Below are positions 47,614 through 56,983 of a stretch of DNA of 64,000 nucleotides, in pieces (position 1 is the first letter of the stretch; each line of letters begins with the position of its first letter). The DNA is taken from positions 608,001-672,000 of the forward strand of contig CAVYXA010000001.1 in NCBI GenBank assembly GCA_963772365.1. The letters are read 5' to 3'. The position numbers were made by a program, and so were the translations under genes. Under the pieces are notes generated by a model. The model was given only the letters and a program-made list of their open reading frames with translations, searched no databases and was not told the origin of the DNA. This stretch comes from an uncultured Verrucomicrobiae bacterium. Lineage in GTDB: Bacteria > Verrucomicrobiota > Verrucomicrobiia > Chthoniobacterales > UBA10450.

Positions 47614-48135
47614 CTAACGCAGGCCGAGATCGGCCAAAAGCGGGTCATCGATCACACCGTTCACTCGAAGGTCGTGATTTCGTTCGTAATTACGAATTGC
47701 AGACCGGGCTCGAGGTCCCGCAATTCCATCAATCGCGCCATGGTAATATCCTCCGTCAGCAAGCCGACTCTGCACTTCTGCGACTAACGAATCGTCATAA
47801 ACATATTCCGGTCGCCCATAATAATAATAGGCATAGGGATACGAGCCCCAATATGGATACCCGTATGAATACGAGTAGGGATAATAGCCGTAATAGGGGA
47901 ATCCGCCGTAAAACACAAATGAGCTTCCGCCGTGGAACCGATGATGGCGCCAATGACTCGCCGAGCGCCACGTATGGCCAGATCGGGAATAACTGCGAGC
48001 CACGTGAGCCGCGCCCATCGTTTCGTGAAATCCAGTCGCAGTTCTCGATCCATGTCGCGACCCAGCCATCCCTTGCGACGCAACTAGGGCTGCCGCAGCA
48101 ACGTAGCTCACAAAAACTGCTGACTTCGTGATCAT
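47614..48135 (-). CDS. Secreted His/Tyr-rich protein with C-terminal PG_binding_1 domain
   Basis: AAGGAG RBS; signal peptide; YG/YP-rich tract; VQSRLADGGYYHGAIDG..GP..R.AI..Y. Confidence 0.8.
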   Translation of the reverse strand: MITKSAVFVSYVAAAALVASQGMAGSRHGSRTATGFHETMGAAHVARSYSRSGHTWRSASHWRHHRFHGGSSFVFYGGFPYYGYYPYSYSYGYPYWGSYPYAYYYYGRPEYVYDDSLVAEVQSRLADGGYYHGAIDGIAGPRARSAIRNYERNHDLRVNGVIDDPLLADLGLR

Positions 48136-48212
48136 ACACTCCTTTCCATTTCTTGATTCAACACCCGTAATCGATCCGGGTTGCGCGTTGTGCTGGTCAA
48201 GTATCCGCAACA

Positions 48213-49505
48213 GTGGATATCATGATCTCAATGAAGAAATTGAACCAGTGCGCATTGGCCGCATTGTCGATCTTCGTTTTTCAATCTGTTGAGGCCGCTT
48301 TTCCCGAGCACAGTATGAGCCCCTCGCGTCAGTTTGTTGTTTATGGCGCAGATGCCTCTGTGCGGGGAATCGTTTCCAATGCCGGCGAGAGGATAAAGGC
48401 AAACCTGCTCGATATTTTACATGCCCCGGATTCATGGAAGACGCCGATCATCATTAATTTGCAGCCGGCTGAGGCAAATCTGCCCGAAATGCCACCAGCT
48501 CAGCTGCATTTCGGCCAGACCGGATTCGGTCTCAAACTGCAACTTGATCTGGTTGGCAGCGGGGACCTTGATGCCGCATTAATCGAACGGGAACTGCTCC
48601 GTGCCGTTCTGCTGGAAATGATTTATCGAAGGAGAACGGATATCGCCCCGGGCACCGCTTACGTAGAACCGCCTGATTGGCTTCTAAGAGGTATCCTGTC
48701 GCTTACACCTGGGCGGGACAAAGGGCCATTGCTCGATGCGCTCGACGTCTCGGGTAAAACGATATCGCTGGAACACTTCTTACAACAGCGTTCGGCAGGT
48801 CTTGATTCGCAGGGACGGTTGCTCTATCAAGCCCACGCGTTTGCGCTGGTAAAGCTGCTGATTGATTCCGCCGACGGACGCCAGACACTGACTCGCTACA
48901 TCGAGGATCTTTCAACCGCCTCAAATGATCCCGTAGCCGAACTGAGGGCGCATTTTCCTGTTTTGCGCAAGGATTCAGAGGACGTTTGGCGATCAACACT
49001 GGATTTGATCTCGACTTCCGAAAAATACGAACTGCTTACCTTTGAAAAAACCAACAGCGAACTTGATTCCCTGTTGCGCTTGAAACTCGCAGGCGCGAAA
49101 AACGACACGATTGAACTGAAGGACTTGATCGAGAGAAGAGTTACCCGCTCGGAAAAACTTGCCCTCGATCGTCTCGGTCAGCAGTTGATGTTACTTGGAT
49201 GTCGCGGCAATCCGCTTATGCGCCCGGTTTTGCGGGAATATCAGCAAATCGCGGAGCTTCTCGGCGCTGGAAAACATCGAAAAATCGCAGAACGCCTGGC
49301 CGACATTGAAGTGACACGGACCAAGCTTGTAAGCCGCATGAACGAGATAGATGATTACCTGAATTGGTTTGAGGCCACTCAATCCAGAACTGCGAGCGGA
49401 ATGTTCACCGATTTCCTTAAGAGAGCAGCTGATCAGAGTACGCCGCCGCCTCGCCGGCGCGATGCAATCTCGGTTTACCTCGATTCGGTCGAAACGCAGT
49501 TTTAG
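48213..49505 (+). CDS. Hypothetical exported protein (degenerate zincin-like)
   Basis: 430-aa ORF with signal peptide; RELLR, PDWLLRGI and Y.....ALV..L segments. Confidence 0.7.
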   Translation: MDIMISMKKLNQCALAALSIFVFQSVEAAFPEHSMSPSRQFVVYGADASVRGIVSNAGERIKANLLDILHAPDSWKTPIIINLQPAEANLPEMPPAQLHFGQTGFGLKLQLDLVGSGDLDAALIERELLRAVLLEMIYRRRTDIAPGTAYVEPPDWLLRGILSLTPGRDKGPLLDALDVSGKTISLEHFLQQRSAGLDSQGRLLYQAHAFALVKLLIDSADGRQTLTRYIEDLSTASNDPVAELRAHFPVLRKDSEDVWRSTLDLISTSEKYELLTFEKTNSELDSLLRLKLAGAKNDTIELKDLIERRVTRSEKLALDRLGQQLMLLGCRGNPLMRPVLREYQQIAELLGAGKHRKIAERLADIEVTRTKLVSRMNEIDDYLNWFEATQSRTASGMFTDFLKRAADQSTPPPRRRDAISVYLDSVETQF

Positions 49506-49615
49506 CGGGCAGCCGCGCCGCACAGCTGTCGCGAAGCCACCCAACTTATCCCTGCTTTCCTTTGACCAATCTGGAAGGTTTGCCCTACCGTCATTAAAAA
49601 CTGAACCGCCGCCAC

Positions 49616-51514
49616 GTGCCCACTTCCCATCAATCTTCTGTCCCTGCTGAATCGCAACCTAACATTCTTCTAATTGAAGAATACGATGCGCTCGCCGCGG
49701 CAATCGGTGCGGCGCTGAAGAAATTCGCGCCACATCACGCTACTCGCGTGGCCAAATCGTTGGCTGATGCGGAAAGTTTGGCGCTCAACAACCAGTTCGA
49801 TCTTTTGATTATCGATTTCGATCCCTCTTTCTCCGGCTTGACTGCGTTTCTTCAAAAAATGCGCAAAACCCATTCGGAAGCGCGTGTGCTCGTAATCTCC
49901 ACCGGGGTGACCCCCGAAATTGCAACGGAGAGTGGATTCTTTGGTGCGCTCCAGTTCATTCCAAAGCCGTACGATGTGGCAGATTTTGGAACTGCAGTTC
50001 AGACACTGCTCGGCCAACCGGATTCAATTGGGTCAGCCGAATCTCGCGGAATGCTTCGTTCGTTAAACCTTCCTGATATTGTTGCGCTGCAATGTGCGGG
50101 CGAACGGACGGTAATCATCGACCTAAATGGGACCGGAGGCGATTCCGGAGTCGTGCACATTCTAAATGGACAAATCATCCATGCAGAAGTTGACGGCCAG
50201 ACGGGCCGGGATGCATTGGAGGCAATGTTCGCCTGGGCGAACCCGCGCTTGCGTGAAACGCCACAGCGAATTTCCACACCGCGAACAATCCACGGACCGT
50301 GGGTTAACATCTTTCTTGAAACATGTCGCAACTCCAAGCCCGCTGAGAAGATATCCGACGAAAAGCAGCGACCGAAGACCGGCAAGAAGATTGTCATCGT
50401 CGATGACACCGAAATGTTGCTCGTCTTCGTCGAAGATGTGCTGACGACCGCTGATCAGGAATTGCAGATCACAAAAGCAAGAAACGGCACGGACGCGCTT
50501 GAACAGATCAGGGGCGTGATGCCCGATGTAGTTTTGCTCGATTACAGCCTACCCGATATTAATGGAGATGAAGTTTGCCTCCGGCTGCTGCAAGACGAAC
50601 AAACGTCCCGAATCCCGGTCCTGATGATGTCGGGTCACGTCGCGGAAATGAGCGCGGCAGCGGCTCATTACGAGAACATTTTTGATACGCTTGAAAAGCC
50701 CTTTCTCTCCAATGCGCTCGTCGAGGTTGTGCAACGGCTATTGTCAGCAGGCGCGCACCCGGTGAAGAAAAAGGTAATCGAACCTCCTGCTCCCAGTAGA
50801 CTGACTCAGCCCCCGCAAGAAAAACAGGAATTACCGAAGTCAGTGGAAAGGGCTCTTCCTTCCATTCCGGTTGGGGCGCCGCTTCCTGCCGAAACAGTCG
50901 CTCGACCCGCAATCCCTCAGCAAGGTCGCATCATTTCCGCACCAATTGCTTCGGGCGAACCAAATGAAGTCGTGCTCCGCTTGTTTCTGGAAGTGCTGTC
51001 GATGCAGCTCACGCCGCAGCTTCGAATGGGAACCATCCGGGCCCGACCAGCCTCCTCCACGGTCTCCCTGCATTTTGTATCTACCGCAGCTCAAAATGCC
51101 CTCCCCACCGACATTGGTTTTCAACTCGGCGCGACTGAACTCGACGAGCAAGGGCGACTTGCCATCGTGCGATTGATTCCGACCGCAAAACCATTTCATC
51201 CGGCCGAAATGCGAAGCGCGTTCGAGATCGGCGGGGTTGCTCTTGTCCCGGGGGAAACGCGGACACGCGTCCAGCTTACGCCGGCTGGGACAACTCCAAT
51301 GATCATGGAACTTTGCGCTCGGCTCGAGCTGGGCGGCGTCGCTCTATCCTCCACGTTTCAAGTTTCCCACTTAATCTTAAAGTGGCGCACTTCTACAGTG
51401 CGCATCACGCTGGATCCAAAAGCGCGGGAGCAAACTGGCGCAGCCTTTCACGCTGCCGTAAAGCTAAATCATCTCGGCCGGATTGCGGAACTCGTGCTCA
51501 ATCCAATCAAATAG
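49616..51514 (+). CDS. Multi-domain response regulator (REC - DUF4388/PatA-N-like - REC - unknown C-terminal domain)
   Basis: LLIIDFD...KPY; G.L....LPDIV.L and G....NGQIIHAE; IVDD...LLDYSLPDING...KPF. Confidence 0.85.
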   Translation: MPTSHQSSVPAESQPNILLIEEYDALAAAIGAALKKFAPHHATRVAKSLADAESLALNNQFDLLIIDFDPSFSGLTAFLQKMRKTHSEARVLVISTGVTPEIATESGFFGALQFIPKPYDVADFGTAVQTLLGQPDSIGSAESRGMLRSLNLPDIVALQCAGERTVIIDLNGTGGDSGVVHILNGQIIHAEVDGQTGRDALEAMFAWANPRLRETPQRISTPRTIHGPWVNIFLETCRNSKPAEKISDEKQRPKTGKKIVIVDDTEMLLVFVEDVLTTADQELQITKARNGTDALEQIRGVMPDVVLLDYSLPDINGDEVCLRLLQDEQTSRIPVLMMSGHVAEMSAAAAHYENIFDTLEKPFLSNALVEVVQRLLSAGAHPVKKKVIEPPAPSRLTQPPQEKQELPKSVERALPSIPVGAPLPAETVARPAIPQQGRIISAPIASGEPNEVVLRLFLEVLSMQLTPQLRMGTIRARPASSTVSLHFVSTAAQNALPTDIGFQLGATELDEQGRLAIVRLIPTAKPFHPAEMRSAFEIGGVALVPGETRTRVQLTPAGTTPMIMELCARLELGGVALSSTFQVSHLILKWRTSTVRITLDPKAREQTGAAFHAAVKLNHLGRIAELVLNPIK

Positions 51515-51528
51515 CCTGATGCGATCGA

Positions 51529-52824
51529 TTACTCCAAGCCGAGCGCCTTGAAAGTTTCATCGACATGTTGAAAATGGATGTCGAGAGAGCAAAGCCGATC
51601 GATTTCCGAGGTTGAAAGCTTCGCCGCAATTTCCGGTTCCCCCTTGGCATTTTCTGCGAATGTCCCCTCGCCTTTCCAAGTTTTCATGGCTGCACGCTGC
51701 ACAGCTTCGTAGGCCGTCTTTCGCTCAACTCCTGCGCGGGTGAGAGCAAGCAAGATCGACTGGCTGAAATAAAGTCCCTTGGTAAGGCCTAGGTTTTCCG
51801 CCATCCGCTCGGGATAAACCAGCAATTTTTCGACGATGTCGTGCAATTTGGAGAGCATGTAGTCGAGCAGGATACAGGAATCCGGCAGAATAATTCGTTC
51901 CGCGCTCGAGTGGCTAATATCGCGTTCATGCCAAAGGGCGACATTTTCCAGCGCCACAATACAATTGCCCCGAATTACCCGGGCCAGCCCACTTAGGCGT
52001 TCGCTTAGGATCGGGTTACGCTTGTGCGGCATCGCCGAGCTGCCCTTTTGTCCTTCGCCGAAAAATTCTTCCACTTCAAGAACCTCGGTCCGCTGAAGAT
52101 GTCGGAATTCCGTCGCCCAACGATCAATGCTGGATGCGATTACGGCCAATGTGGTCATGAATTCGGCGTGACGATCACGCTGCACAATTTGGGTGGAAAG
52201 CGTTGCCGGTTTCAAGCCAAGCCTCTCACACACGCTTCGTTCAATTGCCGGATCGAGATGGGCATGCGTTCCTACTGCGCCGCTTAGCTTGCCAACTCGA
52301 ATCCGCTCCAGGGTCTGCGTCAGGCATTCAATAGCCCGGCCAAATTCATCGAACATTAGGGCCAGCTTCAGTCCAAACGTGATCGGTTCGGCATGAACGC
52401 CGTGACTGCGTCCGATCATCGGCGTCATTTTAAAACGGCGCGCCTGCTTTGCGATTGCGGATCTTAGTGTCTCCAGATCTGCGAGCAGAATTCCCGCCGA
52501 TTCGGTCAGTTGCACCGCCAAAGTTGTATCCAGAATGTCCGATGACGTAAGTCCTTGATGAATCCATCGCGCTGCAGGCCCGACCGATTCCGCCACGTTC
52601 TCCAGAAACGCAATCACATCGTGATTTGTCCGTTTCTCAATCTCGGCGATTTCCGGAATCGAAAACCGAGCGCGTCTCCGAATTTCCGCGGCATCAGACT
52701 TTGGAATTTGGCCGAGATCGGCCATCGATTCACAGGCGAGCGTTTCGATCTCGAGCCAGATTTGAAATTTGCGCTCATCCGACCAAATCTGGCGCATCCG
52801 TGGCCGGGAATAGCGATCGATCAC
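51529..52824 (-). CDS. purB: Adenylosuccinate lyase
   Basis: IDRYSRP.M, H.GLTSSD, GRSHGVHAEP and GSSAMPHKRNP motifs. Confidence 0.97.
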   Translation of the reverse strand: MIDRYSRPRMRQIWSDERKFQIWLEIETLACESMADLGQIPKSDAAEIRRRARFSIPEIAEIEKRTNHDVIAFLENVAESVGPAARWIHQGLTSSDILDTTLAVQLTESAGILLADLETLRSAIAKQARRFKMTPMIGRSHGVHAEPITFGLKLALMFDEFGRAIECLTQTLERIRVGKLSGAVGTHAHLDPAIERSVCERLGLKPATLSTQIVQRDRHAEFMTTLAVIASSIDRWATEFRHLQRTEVLEVEEFFGEGQKGSSAMPHKRNPILSERLSGLARVIRGNCIVALENVALWHERDISHSSAERIILPDSCILLDYMLSKLHDIVEKLLVYPERMAENLGLTKGLYFSQSILLALTRAGVERKTAYEAVQRAAMKTWKGEGTFAENAKGEPEIAAKLSTSEIDRLCSLDIHFQHVDETFKALGLE

Positions 52825-52948
52825 ATCACGAACATAAGAGTTTGCGGCAAAACCGAAAAGTCTTTTGTTGGTCGAATTGTTCGCAAAAAAAATCACTCCG
52901 GCGACAATTCACCGAAGCGACTTTGAAAGCCGTTTGTCGAATCCTAAC

Positions 52949-53131
52949 CTAGCAAACCCTCGCCCGCAGAAAACGCCCGTTGCTCTGAACGCGCACTTTC
53001 CCGCTGGCCAAGAGATCAGCCACAGCGGCGACAGTCTCCTTCGGGTTTTTTGCGCAAGAGCTTACGGCAAGAACCAAATCGCCGAGCGAAAGCTTGGGTC
53101 GGGTTTTCAGGATCAGATTATTCTTCTTCAT
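52949..53131 (-). CDS. Small basic hypothetical protein (60 aa)
   Basis: MKKNNLILKTRPKLSLGDLVLAVSS...ETVAAVADLLASGKVRV; lies directly after a consensus sigma-54 promoter. Confidence 0.75.
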   Translation of the reverse strand: MKKNNLILKTRPKLSLGDLVLAVSSCAKNPKETVAAVADLLASGKVRVQSNGRFLRARVC

Positions 53132-53149
53132 TGCTTGAGCTGTATTGAC

Positions 53150-53165
53150 AGCAACTGTAGTGCCA
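53150..53165 (-). promoter_or_regulatory. Sigma-54 (-24/-12) promoter
   Basis: Minus strand TGGCAC-TACAG-TTGCT, an exact match to TGGCAC-N5-TTGCW. Confidence 0.85.
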
Positions 53166-53230
53166 CTGTTCAATGTGAATAGTCTTCTATCGAGAATGGC
53201 GAGTTATTCGCGGTTTGTTAACGTCCGTAG

Positions 53231-53268
53231 TGTTCAGAATCTGAACAAATATGTTCGTTCTGTGAACA
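53231..53268. promoter_or_regulatory. Two tandem 17-bp palindromes, putative enhancer-binding-protein sites
   Basis: TGTTC-agaatct-GAACA (53231-53247) and TGTTC-gttctgt-GAACA (53252-53268); centres 21 bp apart. Confidence 0.75.
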
Positions 53269-53272
53269 TCTG

Positions 53273-53913
53273 TCAGCCTTGCTTGCCTACATTTTGGGGT
53301 CGCGCAAGACGCATCGTCAATATGTAGAGTACGGCGAAAATGCCGACTACAATCAATATCCAGCTGGACTGACTCCTGACGAAATGAACCAGTGCGTCAG
53401 GATCGCTCAGCAACTGCGGTTCAAGACGATACGCTTTGTCGCCGAGGTAAGCCAGGATTCCGCAGGCCAAGGCCGATCCCGCTACGGTGACCAGGCTGAA
53501 AGTTCCGAAATTCATCCGAACAACGCCTGCTGGAATTGAGATCAAGTGACGAACGATTGGCAGAATGCGAGCGAAGAAAACGCCTCCAGCTTCGTAGCGA
53601 TTTAGCCAATGTTCTGCTTCCTGCAACTTCGCCGGCGTTAGAAACGCATATCGGCCAAAGCGCAAGATCAAAGGACGCCCGACCCAGCGTGAAACCCAAT
53701 ACATCACGCTTGCACCGAAATAAGATCCGAGGATACCGGCGATGAGAACACCGCTAAGGTCGAGCCTCCCCTGCGCGGCCAGAAATGCGGCGGCGGGATG
53801 ATTACCTCGGCTGGAACCGGAAGGGGCGAGCTCGCCATTGCCATCAATAGAAATATCCCAATGTATCCTCCGTTTTGAACCCATTCAGACCAAAACTGGA
53901 GTAAATGATGCAC
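53273..53913 (-). pseudogene. DedA family membrane protein with a 1-bp frameshift (about 213 aa if repaired)
   Basis: GYIGIFLLMAMASSPLPVPAEVIIPP in one frame continues as AAFLAAQG...FARILPIVRHLISIPAG in another; one base missing in the CCG run near 53787-53796. Confidence 0.85.
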
Positions 53914-54011
53914 GTCGAGAGCCTGACCGATGAATTTTTCCGTTTGAGATTGCGTCTGCAAACGCGCGAGTAGTTCAATCGGAAAATTGAAATTCGCAAC
54001 GTAAATTTGCC

Positions 54012-55754
54012 ATGCCCATATACCGACGCGTTCTAGACTACTATCGCCCGTTTTGGCGGCAAACAGCTGTTGGTTTGCTTTTCTCCCTGCTTGGCATTGG
54101 ATTGAACTTGCTCAAGCCGTGGCCGTTCAAAATCATTGTCGATGATTTTCTCCGGCCTGGTTCCGCTGTGCGGAATGAGTGGCGGACGTGGATTCCGCTG
54201 CTTTGCCTTGGCCTTGTCGGGATTCAAGTTTTCTGGGGGATTCTCAATTGGATCACGAAGTACCTGCTGGTGAAGATTGGTCTTCAGGCTCTATTGAAGC
54301 TGCGCACCGACCTTTATTCTCATCTTCAGCGCCTATCCTTGAAGTTTCATGATATGCGCCGCTCGGCTGACTCGACTTTCCGCGTGGCTTACGATTCGCA
54401 ATCGATCCAAACCATCTACAACAAGGGATTCACGAATATTTTTACTTCAGTGCTTACTCTGATTGCGACGTTCGTCATCATGGTGCAGCTGGATTGGAAG
54501 CTCACATTACTTTCTCTGACGATTGTTCCGCTAATTGTGGCCGCGCTTTATTTCTTCGCGGCCCGCATACGTCGCGAATCGACATCTATTCAGGAACAGG
54601 AGAGCGCTGTCCTGACGCAGGCGCAGGAAGGATTGAGTTCCATCCGAATGGTTCATGCCTTCGGACGCGAAGATTTTGAAGTACTGCAATTTCAACAGGA
54701 GGCTCGTCAAAGTCTGCGGGCAAACCTCCGGCTCACTTTGACCAACGTAAACAGTGCTCTTGTGATTAGCACATTGATCGTGATTGGCACGGCAGCGATG
54801 TATTACGTCGGAAGTTTGCATGTACTTGCCGGCACACTCACCCTGGGATCGCTTCTCATTTTTAGTGCATACCTGTTGATGCTTTATCAACCGATTGAGT
54901 CGCTGACCTATACGACGTGGGCGATGGAAGGCGCGACGGCGGGCGCAACCCGTTGTTTCGAGATTCTGGACCGGCGCGATGACGTTTTGGATGATCCGAA
55001 CGCCGTCACCATTAGTGAAACAAAAGGATCGATTCGATTTGAGAACGTCTCGTTTGGTTACGAACAGGATCGACAGGTGCTGCGTGATGTCGATCTTCAA
55101 ATCGCAGCGAACCAGATCGTGGCACTCGTAGGCGGGACTGGCGCAGGAAAAAGCACTCTATTAAGTCTGGTTCCTCGCTTTTACGATCCCGCTTCAGGTC
55201 GGGTTGCGCTAGATGGTCGCGACTTGCGCAAGGTCACAAAAAAATCGTTGCGCGCACAGATTAGCCTCGTCCTTCAGGACACATTGCTCTTTTCCACGAC
55301 GGTTCGCGAGAACATTGCCTATGGCCGGCCCGACGCCAGCGAAGATGAGATTGTCGATGCTGCACGGAAGGCGCAGGCGCACGACTTCATCGAGCAGCTC
55401 CCTAACGGATACGGCAGCCTGGTCGGTGAGCGTGGTGGTCATCTCAGCGTCGGGCAACGCCAGCGAATCGGGATTGCCCGCGCCTTTTTGAAAAACGCTC
55501 CGATTCTGTTGCTCGACGAGCCGACCTCTGCGCTCGATCCAACAACGGAGTCCGCGATCATGGACACCATCAAGGAATTGATGCGTGGCCGCACCACCTT
55601 AATTGCAACTCATCGCCTGGCCACAATTCACGCTGTGGATCTAATCATCGTGCTTGAGCATGGTCACATTGTCGAGCAGGGGCGCGGCTCCAATTTGGTC
55701 CAGCGCGGCGGGGCTTACGCGAAGCTTTATGCATCGGGCCATTATCCCGGATGA
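54012..55754 (+). CDS. ABC exporter, fused permease/ATPase (MsbA-like)
   Basis: TM domain; GGTGAGKST, LSVGQRQR, LLLDEPTSALD and ATHRL motifs. Confidence 0.93.
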   Translation: MPIYRRVLDYYRPFWRQTAVGLLFSLLGIGLNLLKPWPFKIIVDDFLRPGSAVRNEWRTWIPLLCLGLVGIQVFWGILNWITKYLLVKIGLQALLKLRTDLYSHLQRLSLKFHDMRRSADSTFRVAYDSQSIQTIYNKGFTNIFTSVLTLIATFVIMVQLDWKLTLLSLTIVPLIVAALYFFAARIRRESTSIQEQESAVLTQAQEGLSSIRMVHAFGREDFEVLQFQQEARQSLRANLRLTLTNVNSALVISTLIVIGTAAMYYVGSLHVLAGTLTLGSLLIFSAYLLMLYQPIESLTYTTWAMEGATAGATRCFEILDRRDDVLDDPNAVTISETKGSIRFENVSFGYEQDRQVLRDVDLQIAANQIVALVGGTGAGKSTLLSLVPRFYDPASGRVALDGRDLRKVTKKSLRAQISLVLQDTLLFSTTVRENIAYGRPDASEDEIVDAARKAQAHDFIEQLPNGYGSLVGERGGHLSVGQRQRIGIARAFLKNAPILLLDEPTSALDPTTESAIMDTIKELMRGRTTLIATHRLATIHAVDLIIVLEHGHIVEQGRGSNLVQRGGAYAKLYASGHYPG

Positions 55755-56920
55755 AGAAGAAAATTGTCGTCATGGGATTTATGGGCTCAATGCCCATCGC
55801 TGGCGTCATCTGGCAGCACATTCATTACATTGTCGGACTAAAACGTCTCGGTCATGACGTCTATTACATCGAGGACTCCGCCCGCATGCCCTATGATCCC
55901 GAAATGCTTACCATCACTGAGGATTTCGGTTACGCGACGCGAATTCTCCACCAGCTCTCATGCGAGTTTGGTTTCGAAAACAAATGGGCATTCTGCGCCC
56001 GGTATTCAAAATCCAATCCAACAGTCGGGCTGCCACTTCGGAAAATTCGTCAGCTTTATTGCGAGGCAGACGCCATTCTCAATGTATGCGGGGCACAGGA
56101 ACTCAATGAAGATCTGCTGGCCAGCGATCGGATTATTTACGTCGAGAGCGATCCGGGCGTCGAGCAGATCAAGATCGACAACGGCGTGAGATCGACAGTC
56201 GATTATCTATCGCGGCATCATGCGCTTTTCACTTTCGGGGAAAACGTTCCCACAAGGATTTTCCCTGTTCCGAGACATGGATTTCGCTGGCTTCCCACAC
56301 GGCAACCAGTCGTGCTCGATTTTTGGGAAACAAAACAACGCCCTAGCCGCACAGCCGTTTTCACGTCGGTGGCGAATTGGTCCACGAGTGGCCAGAAGGA
56401 CATAATATGGCGCGGAAAAAAATACCTTTGGAGCAAGTCACGCGAGTTTCTTCGCTTCATCGAGTCCCCCAGAAAAGCCAGCGAGACGTTTGAGCTCGCC
56501 ACCGACATCAAAGACGCCAAGACTCGCCATCGTTTCGAGCGAAATCGCTGGAGATTGGTTTCGCCGGTTCGAATCAGCGCTAATCATCGGTTATACCGCG
56601 ATTATATCCGTCTTTCCAAGGGAGAATTCACGGTGGCAAAGGATCAATATGTCCGATTGCGGACGGGATGGTTTAGCGATCGCAGCTCATGCTATCTGGC
56701 GGCCGGACGCCCCGTCATTACTCAGGAAACGGAATTCACCCGGCACTATGGCGGCGATACCGGTCTGCTCGCGTTTCGAACGTTAGGCGAGATTGTCGAT
56801 GCGGTGGGAAAAATCAACCGTGATTACTCGAAACATTCGCGTGCCGCGCGAGAAATTGCGCACGAATTTTTCCAAGCACAAAAAATCCTCAGATCGCTGC
56901 TTGATCGCGCAGGAGTTTAG
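55751..56920 (+). CDS. Putative glycosyltransferase (GT-B-like)
   Basis: GLKRLGHDVYYIED and SDRSSCYLAAGRPVITQET motifs; ATGA overlap with the ABC gene. Confidence 0.65.
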   Translation: MKKKIVVMGFMGSMPIAGVIWQHIHYIVGLKRLGHDVYYIEDSARMPYDPEMLTITEDFGYATRILHQLSCEFGFENKWAFCARYSKSNPTVGLPLRKIRQLYCEADAILNVCGAQELNEDLLASDRIIYVESDPGVEQIKIDNGVRSTVDYLSRHHALFTFGENVPTRIFPVPRHGFRWLPTRQPVVLDFWETKQRPSRTAVFTSVANWSTSGQKDIIWRGKKYLWSKSREFLRFIESPRKASETFELATDIKDAKTRHRFERNRWRLVSPVRISANHRLYRDYIRLSKGEFTVAKDQYVRLRTGWFSDRSSCYLAAGRPVITQETEFTRHYGGDTGLLAFRTLGEIVDAVGKINRDYSKHSRAAREIAHEFFQAQKILRSLLDRAGV

Positions 56921-56983
56921 CGCCTGTATGGCGCCAGATTTGCTTTTCCGGCGCATCGTTTCATCTTCTCGGACTTTGCGGCA

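Noticed and set aside
53231..53268. Verrucomicrobia LexA box
   Set aside because: The half-sites match but the spacer is 7 nt, not 4; position relative to a sigma-54 promoter favours enhancer sites.
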